A stretch of 64,000 nucleotides of DNA from Octopus sinensis. Lineage: Eukaryota. This document shows positions 1 through 11,612 of the stretch, piece after piece. The notes beneath the pieces are model-generated. The model did not search any database and was not told the DNA's origin. It was given only the letters and a program-made list of their open reading frames with translations. A program made the translations under genes and the position numbers. The stretch's first letter is position 1. Each line of letters begins with the position of its first letter. The stretch covers positions 1,674,001-1,738,000 of the forward strand of contig NC_043012.1 of NCBI RefSeq assembly GCF_006345805.1, given 5' to 3'.

Positions 1-887
1 TAACTCTTTTACTTGTTCCAGTCATTTGAGTGTGGCCATGCTGGAGCACTGCCTTTAGTCAAGCAAATCGACCCTAGGACTTATCCTTTGTAAGCCTAGT
101 ACTTATTCTATCGGTCTCTTTTGCCGAACTGCTAAGTCACGGGGACGTAAACACACCAGCATCGGTTGTCAGGCGATGTTGGGGGGGACAAACACAGACA
201 CACATATACATATGCATATATACGACGGGCTTCTTTCGGTTTCTGTCTACCAAATCCACTCACAAGGCTTTGGTCGACCCGAGGCTATAGTAGAAGACAG
301 TTGCCCAAGGTGCCACGCAGTGGGACTGAACCCAGAACCACCATGTGGCTGGTAAACAAGCTACTTACCACACAGCCACTCCTACATCTAATGCAAGATT
401 AGTTCAAAATAATCCTTTCTACTAAAGGCACAAGGCCTGAAATTTTGGGTGGGGGTTAGATACTTAATTTATCGACCCTGAAAGGATGAAAGGCAAAGCT
501 GACCCAAGGGGGATTTGAACTCAGAACATAAACATGGACGAAACGCTGCTATGCATTTTACTCAGCATGCTAACAATGTTGCCAGCTCGCAGCCTTAAAT
601 TAATACAGAATAAGCCTTTCTACTATAGGCGCAAGGCCTGAAATTTTGGGAGAGGAGACTAGTTGATTATTTCGAGCCCTGGTGTTTCACTGGTACTTAA
701 TTTATCAATTCCGAAAGGAGGAAAGGTAAAGTCAACCCCAGTGGAACTTGAACTCAGAAGATGAAGACGGACAAAAAGCCACCAAACATTTTACCTGGCA
801 TGTTAACAATTCTACCAGTTTGCCACCTTCAATTAATTCAAAATAATACAAATAAGTATTACATTTGATTAAGTAATCTGAACATTA

Positions 888-1212
888 GTGGAGGCGCAAT
901 GGCCCAGTGGTTAGGGCAGCGGACTCGCAGTTGGAGGATCGCAGTTTCGATTCCCAGACCGGGCGTTGTGTGTGTTTATTGAGCGAAAACACCTAAAGCT
1001 CCACAATGCTACGACAGCGGTTGGTGGTGACCCCTGTTGTACTCTTTCACCCCAACTTTCTCTCACTCTTCCTTCCTGTTTCTTGGGTAACGCTGCGATG
1101 GACTGGCGTCCTGTCCAGCTGGGAGATGAACACATATGCCACAGAAACCAGGAAACCAGGCCCATGAGCTTGGCTAGGCTTGAAAAGGGCGCATAAATAA
1201 TAAATAAATAAA
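888..1212 (+). mobile_element. Full-length tRNA-head SINE (family D) with 14-bp TSD
   Basis: A box TGGCCCAGTGG, B box GTTTCGATTCC, V-domain-like CTGCGATGGACTGGCGTCCTGTCCAG, (TAAA)n tail; TSD TAATCTGAACATTA at 874-887 and 1213-1226. Confidence 0.9.
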
Positions 1213-2196
1213 TAATCTGAACATTAAAGGGCTGAAGCAGTGTTCTACCACCTGTGCTTGATTACTTATGATGTTGTTCAGGTGTAAATCTAGATTAGAA
1301 ATAATATCTTTTATCTTTTGCTTGTTTCAGTCATTTTGATTACAACCATTTTGGGGTTCTGCCTTAAAGAATTTTTTAGTCAAATGGGTCAACCCCAGAT
1401 TTCTTCTTTTTTTTTTTTTTGAGGTTAGTGTTAATTCTAATAGGAGGGAATAAGCAAAAAAAATAATAATAAGCAAAAGAAAAAAAAAAACAAAAACAAA
1501 GTAAACTGCTCCTGGCAATAATCAGTATTGATGATTTAATTAATCAATAAATTATATGCAGAAATACCTAAGTAATTTTAATTAACAAAACTCCAAACTT
1601 TCAGATTGAAAGAATTCAATACTTGTTAACAGATCATAAATTATTTAGAAAATAAACAAATTGAAGGGGAAAATATATATATATAAAAAATAACTATTGA
1701 AAAAGCAACCACAAATTAAAGTAAGTTTTACTTGTAATTAATTTGGCTAAAGAAAAAAAAAAATATTTATAAGAAAAAAACTTTTGCAATTAAAAAATTT
1801 GTGAAAGACAGTCTTTGCAAACTGGCCATTAATTTATAAAATTATTGGTGGAATAATAAAGAATTTGGCATTTAATCGTAAAAGAATACATAGAACAACA
1901 ATAAATGTTCCGCAAAGAGGATCATCACCTAGAAGATTTGTTTTGGTTTTTTTTTTGGGGGGGGGGAGAAGGATTGGGCAGTTATATATAGTGTTTGACT
2001 ACTGCTACATTTTAGATGGCCCTGGAGGGATGAGAGGCAAAGTTTGCCTCGATAGGATCTGAACTCGGGAGGCAACGAGTAAGAACTAATACCACAAGGT
2101 ATCAAGGTATATTTCCTGCACCCAACCACCACCACCACCACCCCATCAGTGCTCTAATGATATTACCAATCTACTGTTATGATGATGATGATGCTG

Positions 2197-2230
<34 letters not shown>

Positions 2231-4147
2231 TAATAATAATATTAATAATAATTATCCTTTCTACTAAAGACACAAGGCCTGAAATCTTGGGGGAGGGGAC
2301 TAGTCAATTATATCGACCCCAGTGTTTTACTGGTACTTACTTCGTCGACCCCGAAAGGATGGAAGGCAAGGTCCATCTCGGCAGCATTTGAACACAGAAC
2401 ATAAAGACATTTCGCCTGACCTGGTGTACTAATGATTCTGCCAGCTTGCCACTTTAATAATAATGACCCTTTCTACAAAAGACACAAGGCCTGAAATTTT
2501 GGGGGAAGGGACGAGTTGATTACATCGACTCCAGTGTTTCACTGCTACTTAATTTATTGACCCTGAAAGGCTGAAAGACAAAGATCATCCTGGCGGAATT
2601 TGAACTCGGAACATAAAGAAATTTTGCCAGGTGTACTAATGATTCCGCCAGATGGCCACTTTAATAATAATGACCCTTTAGTAGACTAAAGGATGAAAGG
2701 CAAAGTCGAACATAAGGATGGGCAAATTGCCTCTAAGCATTTTTCCCAGCATGCTAACCGGTACTTAATTTATCAACATTTCACCAGGCATGCTAATGAT
2801 TCTACCAGCTAACCTCATAATAATAATAATAATAATGATAATAATATTGACGATGATGATGATGGTGATGATTAATAAAAAATGTCCTGTAAATCTTTAA
2901 AAAAAAAAATTCCCAGAAAACAGGGGAACATGTAGGTCCCTCACTGAAGACCATCGTCTACTTTTTACTTATGTTACCAAAAGGGGAGGGATTGGTATAG
3001 GAACAACTCAGCCCCATTCTAACCAATCCCTTCTTCTTCTTAATCTTCAGGCAGGTAACTTCTGAAGGGTCAGTAAATTGAAATTATGAAGACTGATTTG
3101 ATATGAACCAGTATAACACGTTTCAATAGCATAGGTTTGTCTCGCTGTCTGTCTGTCCCTCTCTCTCTCTCACACACACACAGGTCTACCTCACTAACAC
3201 ATGCATTCTTTCTCTCTCTCTTTCATTCTCACTCTGTCTGTCTGTCTCTCTGTGGTATTTTATAATATATTTTTATATTATTTACTTTTTAATTTTACTG
3301 TTAATATCATAAATAATTCATATTTTGATGGCATTCAATTTCTGACCGAGATCACATAGGGTGATGTGGCATTTAAAAAAAATATATATAAATAAAATAC
3401 AAATAAAAATAAAGCAAAAAACAAACAAACAAGAATTTTTTTTTAAATTTAGAAAAAAAAACAAAAAAAAACAAAGACAAAAAAAAACTTTCAGAGCAAT
3501 TATAAGGAAACTGCTGACGAACTTCCAAGAACTGCCCCAGGTCACAGAGAAATAGATCTGAAATGGCGCACAGAAAGAAGCAGTGCCCGAGTGTGCGTGT
3601 GTGTGTGTGTGTGTGTGTATGAGTGTGTGTGTGTGTGTGTGTATGTGTGTGATACTACACCAATGAGTTGCAGAGAGTGTGGTGTCTAACAAGGGTAAGT
3701 GGGGTTTGTGATGGTTCCATGTTGTTGACCAAGCAAAACCTGTGATCGAAGGCAATCCAGCCATGATTGTCCAGGCTCTTTTTTTTTACGACAACATCAA
3801 CCATGAGTCCTTCCTTGCTTTAAGTTAGTAAAGCATAAAACAAAAGAGAGAGAGAGAGAGAGAGAGAAAGAAAGAGAGATTTAGCTGTGATTTCTAGCAG
3901 GTTGAGCAGAGTCATGTAAACGCAATGATAGTTTTGTAGCTGGAAACAAAAGAATATGGTGGAACTGAATACAGAACAATCAAATGAGGATATGAAAGAG
4001 AGAATTTCTAAATAAATGATGGGGTAGTATTTTGGTGTAAGTGTAATGGAACGTTGGCGTATTGCAAAGTGTTTTCAGAATGACGTTAAGTGGGTGGGTC
4101 TCTAACGAGAGTAAATTCTGTTTTCAGTGACGAATCCATGTATTACA

Positions 4148-4402
4148 AACAGGAGTACTTTATTAAGTTTGTAACACTGACAGGAGTACTTTCAAAACGA
4201 ATGTATGGTATATGACACTGAGGGGAGTATTTCCACATTCTGTATCTTGTCCCCGTTTCATTGAAAGGAGTACTTTCAGAGTGAATGACTGGTGTATGAC
4301 AAACACAGGAGTATTTCCATATTCTGCTTCTTGTCCCCGTGTCACAGACAGGAGTACTTTTAAAATAAATGACTGGTGTATGACATAGACAAGAGTACTT
4401 TT
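4148..4402. repeat. Degenerate tandem repeat with GAGTA(C/T)TT every ~30-45 bp
   Basis: Seven motif copies; two ~85-bp units are alignable. Confidence 0.75.
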
Positions 4403-4777
4403 GTAAAGAACGACTGATGTATGTTGCTAACAGCAGCACTTTCACTATCAGCGTCTAGTCTAGTCCCTGCACCACCGACAAGAGGAATACTATTATTACG
4501 GATATCTAAGTCCGTATGTAGCCGACAGCATCCCCATCCAAAGTTCTCCTTTCCCGCCCCCCCGATTAGCCCCCACCCCAGCCTACCCTACTGTAACGAA
4601 GTAGGAAGATGGTTAGGTAGCCCTAGTTTTGTATTAGTTTGATCCATGGAAAGAAATAAGGATTACAGGGTTTTATCTTAGTGAGAATTAAGAGAACTAC
4701 TGATGACATTTTGGTTACTGTAACAAGGGGTAACAACAACCAGTGTGTCTGTGTGTGTGTGTGTATGTATTTAGGCA

Positions 4778-4814
<37 letters not shown>

Positions 4815-5203
4815 CTGCATTATAAAAGTATTGATTTACGGGTAATTGATTGATGTCGATTAATGGATAATTTCACGTATTGTAAGGAAAGAGGAATAAA
4901 GGAAAGTGGTCAAACATTCCAAGTAATTTGGTGTGCATGTGATGGTAACGTCATTGTAAGAACTGGCAGAAGACAGATGTGGAGGAGAGAGGGGGGGTGT
5001 CTTTAAGCGTGTTGTGGTTTGAGAACTTGCAGAGAAGAGAGATGAGTGGGGGGAGGGGGGTTGTGTGTCTTTAACCGTATGGTGGTTGTAGATCTAAATG
5101 GTTGGGCATACAGGGAATGGAGAGAATGTAAGAAAAATGGGGCATAAGAGAAAAAAAAAAGGAATGAAAATAGTTATGAAAATCCTGCATCAGATGTGAG
5201 TGT

Positions 5204-5360
5204 ATGCACATATATATATATACATATATACATATATATACAATATAATTCGAGACAATTAAATATATAATATACATATAATATATATATACATATATAC
5301 ATATAAATATATACATATATATATATATACATATATATACATATACATATAAATATATAC

Positions 5361-5392
<32 letters not shown>

Positions 5393-5932
5393 ACATATCA
5401 TATAAATATATACATATATATACATAATACATATATATACATATATATACAATATATACATATATACATATACATATATACATATATATATATATACATA
5501 TACATATATACATATACATATACATATATATATATACATATATATATATACATATACATATATATATATATATATATATACATATATATACATACATATA
5601 TATATATACATACAACATATATACATACATACATATATACATATACATAATATACATATATATATAATACATATATATATACATACATATATGTATATAT
5701 ATATACATATATATATACATAATATATATACATACATATATATAATATACATACATATATATATATATATATACATATATATATACATATATATATACAT
5801 ATATATATATATACATATATATATACATATATATATACATATATATATATATACATATATACATAATATATATATATATATACATATATATACATATACA
5901 TATATATATACATACATATATATATACATACA

Positions 5933-5968
<36 letters not shown>

Positions 5969-5988
5969 ATATATATATATATACATAT

Positions 5989-6020
<32 letters not shown>

Positions 6021-6160
6021 CATATATATAACATATATATATATATATACATATATATAACATATATATATATATATACATATATACATACATACATATA
6101 TACTATATACATACATACATATATACATACATATATACATACATATATATATATATATAT
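5204..6160. repeat. ~950-bp compound (TA)n/(TACA) microsatellite
   Basis: Direct inspection; explains the Y/I/M/C ORFs. Confidence 0.97.
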
Positions 6161-6653
6161 ATGCACTCACATGTGTATGAATGCACATGTGTGTGTATAT
6201 ATACATATATGAATATATATGAATGTATAGACACCCATATATGCATACATGCATATACACAAACACTGATGCACACGCAGAAGGGTGCCTCAATATATGT
6301 CTGTCTTAAATATAACAAACATGCATGGGATTTAAAGAATAAAGTTTGTCTGAATGAGGGAGCAAGGCTGGATTTGAAAGGCACAAAGCCCAGCTACACA
6401 GCCTACCTTATTACACATGTCAGCATAATAGATTCATACATGCATACATACATACATATCATCTGTCTGTGGAAAAGTTAAGCTGTGATGTTCATGCCTT
6501 TCTCAAGGTGTCAGCAAGTTAAGTTATAAATAAGCTACAACCGGGGATAATGAAAAAGTGTGCGAGTGAGTGTGCATATATAGAAATATATATATATATT
6601 TTAATATATACATGCATGTGTGTGTATATATGTGAATATATATAAATATATAG

Positions 6654-6692
<39 letters not shown>

Positions 6693-6780
6693 CACATATA
6701 TATATAAACACATATATACACACACATATATAGAAACACATACATACATACCTACACACATACATACATATATATATATA

Positions 6781-6843
<63 letters not shown>

Positions 6844-6893
6844 CGCACACATTTACATGTATCTATTCTCTTGTAGTCCAATTCTCAGAATTA

Positions 6894-7301
6894 CTAAGAA
6901 TTGGAGAACATGGAATGGCTGTCCATTTTGGATTGGTTGCTACCATGTTGACCACTGCTAGCACTGTTGTTGTTGTTGTTGCTGTTGCTACTGTTGGATG
7001 CTGTGGTGGTGTTGCCTCGCTGTAGGATCACGACGGGGGACATGCCGTGCCGAGACGAAGGCAAGCTTGTGGCATGGTTCGGTGGTGGCGCTTGGGTCTG
7101 CATCATGGGAGTCATGTACATGGGGTTCAGGCCTGCTGCTGCGGCCGCCGCCGCTGCTGCTGCTGCGTTGCCGCCAATCATGTTCTGATGGCGGTGGCCC
7201 TGGTAGATGCCGAGGAGGTGGCCACCGGAGTGGCACGGGTGAGATGCAGAGTTTGCCATGTTGCCTCCGCCTCCGCCTCGATACAGATATTTATTGTTGT
7301 T

Positions 7302-7332
<31 letters not shown>

Positions 7333-7886
7333 TTATTGTTGTGATGGTGGCTGCTGTTGCCGATGCTGCTGCCACTGTTGCTGCTACCACTGGCGTTGCC
7401 ATAGTTACCATTTCCATGTTTGTTGCTATAGTGATGATTAGCAGAAGAAGAAGGACCACCTTTGCCGCCGCCGCCACCACCACCACCACCATAACCACCA
7501 CCACCACCACTACCGCCACCTTTCAGCATGTTTGCATTACCAGACATGCCAAAGCTGTGCGGGCCGAGGAACTGGTTGATGTTGCTGCTCTGTTTCGAGC
7601 CTGCAACCAGGCCCTTCGCGTTCATCGGCCCGCCTTGGAAAGGGTTTGAGAAGATGTCTCCACCAGTGAGATTGTAAGCTCCAGGTTCAGGGCAACCATT
7701 GAGGCCAGCAGAGAGTGTCAGAGCAGTGTTTGGCAAGTTGTTTGCCTGCGTATACAGTGGTTTGTTGCTATTGTGGTGGCTGCTGTTCTCTAAACTGCTC
7801 TTCGTTATCGGCCGCTTCTGGCTGTAGTGAGGACCTAATTTATCCCACTGTTTTAGTAGAGTCTCACCAACAAATGGCTCGATTTC
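6894..7886 (-). CDS. YTHDC2: YTHDC2 last coding exon: YTH end ([16 protein letters not shown]) plus ~310-aa G/N/S/A-rich tail
   Basis: caacag acceptor; open frame of 330 codons to TAG followed by TAA; contiguous with ORF-track 6894..7736. Confidence 0.92.
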
Positions 7887-10800
7887 CTGTTGGAAAAAAA
7901 AAAAGAAAAAATGAGAGAATTAAAGTTTATGCATTTCTTCATGACATGTGTTTGTTTGTGTGTGTGTGTGTGTATCATCATCATCATCATCATCATCATT
8001 TAATGTCTGTGTTCCATGCTAGCATGGGTGGGATGGTACCACAAGAGCCGGCCAGGCTGAAGGCTGCACCAGACTTCTGTGACTGTTTTGGCAGGATCTT
8101 TACAACTGGATGCCCTTCCTAACACCAACCACTCAGCAGAGTGGACTTGGTGCTTTTTACATGGCACAAGCACAGGCGAGGTCAGTTTTGGCAAGGTTTT
8201 TACAGCTGGATGCCCTTCTGAAAACCAACTACTTTACACTGAGGACTGGGTGCTTTTAAGTGGCACCTGCACTATCAGGGTCACCATGTACATGCAAGAC
8301 GAAAGCTTTAAAGAGGGAAGGAGGTGATGATGAAAAGGTTATAGTAAGACAGATATAGGTGTCATGCTGAAGAGGAAGTACATATATATATATATATATA
8401 TAGCATGGAAGGTGGATGTTAAACAATAATGATGATGATGATGATGATGATATATATATATACATATATATGGTGTCCAATTACCTTTACAATTTGAAAA
8501 ATTCAGAAGAAAAATAAGGATAACTCAGCTGAGTTTATTGGCAAACAAATAAAATATTATTAGAAATGTCAGAACACTTCCAGCATTTGAACTGGCCACA
8601 CGTGGCCCAAATATTCTGTTTTATGTTCAAACTGATCAGATCTAACCTTTCACACCAACCCTACAATGTCATTCTAAAAACAAACAATCACCTCATTGAA
8701 ATCCTGAAGCTCCAAGATAATGCATGATTAATTCAAAATAATGTGAAGAAATAAGAAGAAATAAAGCATTGCATTTGACAGAATGGGAAGGCTAAAGGGT
8801 AAAAAAAAAATTTGGATAGAAAAAAGCTGAAGGTAGTTTCCAAGCACGGTCCTAATGCCAAAGGTCTTGGTCATTGCCTCCATGAGGTCCCCAATGTTTG
8901 GAAGGAATTCAGCCACCTCGCCTCCATTCGAAATGAACTCAGTCACCTCACATCCATGAGGCCCAACACTAGAAAAGAACTCGACCACACTGCCTCCATG
9001 CGGCTCAGGCACTTAGCCACTTTGCATCCATGAGGCCCAACACTCTAAAGGAACTCAGCCACCTCACCTCCGTGAGGCCCAACTCTTGAAAGGAACTCAG
9101 CCACTTGCCTCAATGAGGCCCAACACTCAAAAGGTACTCAGCCACTTTGCCTCTGTGAGGCCTAATGTTCAAAGATTGATTTAAAAAATCTTTTTCAAGC
9201 CACCTGTACAGGTGCACTTGGCTTGATGGGTCCTCTTAAGCAGAGCACATTGCCAAAGGTCTCAGTGAGCAATTCAAATAAAATAAACAGAATCATTAGC
9301 GTAGTGGGCAAAACACTTAGCAGCGTTTCATCCGTCTTCATATTGTGAATTAAAATTCTGCCAAGGTTGACTTTGCCCTTCGTCCTTTCAGGGTCACTAA
9401 AATAAGCACCATTTGAGCACTGAGGTTAATGTAATCAACATAACCCCTCCCCTGTAACTGCTGGCCTTGTGCCAAAATTTGAAATGAATATTAAATAAAC
9501 AGAGCTGAGGTAGAGCAATTTGTGCTTTCTTTCATTCTAAGTCTTTCCTTGTTTGTTTTGCAAAATAGTGGTTTTGTCTCTAATAATATTGTATATATAT
9601 ATATATATATATATGTAAGTGTGTGTGTGTGTGTGTTTGTGTGTCTGTGTTTGTCCCCCTAGCATTGCTTGACAACCGATGCTGGTGTGTTTATGTCCCC
9701 CGTCACTTAGCGGTTTGGCAAAAGAGACCGACAGAATAAGTACTGGGCTTACAAAGAATAAGTCCCGGGGTCGATTTGCTCGACTAAAGGCGGTGCTCCA
9801 GCATGGCCGCAGTCAAAATGACTGAAACAAGTAAAAGAGTAAAACTCTACAAAAACTAGTGATTGAAAGAATGCACTTATGTGAACACATGTCTTTAGTA
9901 GGCGGGGATTAAGTTTCTGTTTCTGTGTATAATCTCATTCTAGTTTATGCGCCTGTTTGTTCATTCATACAGGAATACACACTCGCCGAATCAGAATTGC
10001 TTTCATACTGTTAAAAACTCTTATAATATAATGATTTTTGCCAAGTTTGTACGAAATCTTTAACCTTAGTGTATGATAGCAACAATTTCTCAACTGTGAG
10101 ACCAACAGGAACCACTACCACTAACACAACCTATTTCTTTACTACCCACAAGGGGCTAAACACAGAGGGGACAAGCAAGGACAGATAAACGGATTAAATT
10201 GATTACATCGACCCCAGTGCGTAACTAGTACTTAATTTATTGACCCTGAAAGGATGAAAGGCAAAGTCGACCTCGGCGGAATTTGAACTCACAACGTAAC
10301 GGCAGCCGAAATACCGCAAAGCATTTCACCTGACGTGCTAACGATTCTGCCAGCTCGCCGCCACTAACACAACCGCTACACTACTACCATGACTGCTGTT
10401 AATACTAACCTGACAATCACGGCTCACTTGTATCCTCTTGTTGTCGTTCCAAGGGTTTGAAAGATGCTGGACATTGTGGAAGGGAATGTTTCCCCTGAAA
10501 TTATATATATAAAAAACTCATTACAGAAACAAACAATCATTATATTAATATTTATCGTATATTAGGTATGGCCTAGCTGTAGTCTTTTAAGAAGGACTGA
10601 ACCCCAACCATAACATACAAAAGGTTTCCCACATCAAAAGAGAAGAAAACATAAGAATGTTCAGCACCTATGCTTTAATATCCATTCCCCCCCCCTTACT
10701 TTGCTGATGCAGGTTGGATGGACTTGCTGTGCAGTGGACTGTCACTTGTTTCAGTATTTTGTCATCATCATCATTCAACACCTGCTTTCCATGCTGGCAT

Positions 10801-11568
10801 GGGTTGGACGGTTTAATAGGAGCTGGCTAGGCAGAAGAATGTACCAGGGTCTGTTTTGGCATGTGAAGTTCAGTGTCTTGTGCTCTAACCTTTCTACTAC
10901 TGCTCATGTCTTTCTTAGCCATATCTACTTTCCACCATTAGTGCAGACCAGGCACTACCATTCCTCCCCTACTCATTGTCTATTCAAAGCCATTCAAGTG
11001 CAGACATCTTCTTTCAGCCTTTGACTGATGTCTCTAATACCTAGCTGTTCTCTCAGCTCAGTTGAACTCCATCTTTCATACATGCTAACATCTCACACCA
11101 GAACCACACTAGTTTGTAAAATCAATTACTCAATTCCAGACACAGGTGTAGGTGTGTGGTAAGAAGTCTGTTTCCCAATTACATGGTTTCAGGTTCAGTC
11201 CCACTGTGTGGCATCTTGAGCAAGTGCTTTCTACTATAAGCCAAATCTAATGAAACTTTGTGAGTGGACTAAGAAGAAGGAAACTGAGAAAGACATCCAG
11301 TGTGTGCGTGTGTGTATATCAGAAGCAATGAGGATAGACAGAGCTGATGAGTCTGCAATTAACAGGTGAAACTAGTTTAGTTCAGTGGTTTTCCAGCTTT
11401 GCTCATGGGTGGTTATCTCCCCTGTCAGTGTGTCCATATATATGCACTTAAGCAGCTTTAAGGGTTTTAACTGTTATTTCTAGCAATACAGGTGCTATTC
11501 AGCCCCTTCAGTCACAATTAGTGATGATTAAACGTTTTATGATTTTATATTGCACATAGCTGTCTATA

Positions 11569-11612
<44 letters not shown>

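Noticed and set aside
3495-3692. Plus-strand pseudo-exon (tttcag ... gtaagt) with an open frame
   Set aside because: No polypyrimidine tract, runs through a (TG)n repeat, no partner exons or homology.
5071-6881. Long ORFs (up to 330 aa) of Y/I/M/C/V
   Set aside because: These are translations of the TA/CA microsatellite, which lacks stops by composition.
6967-7649. Several overlapping antisense and alternate-frame ORFs
   Set aside because: They are shadows of trinucleotide repeats in the real last exon.
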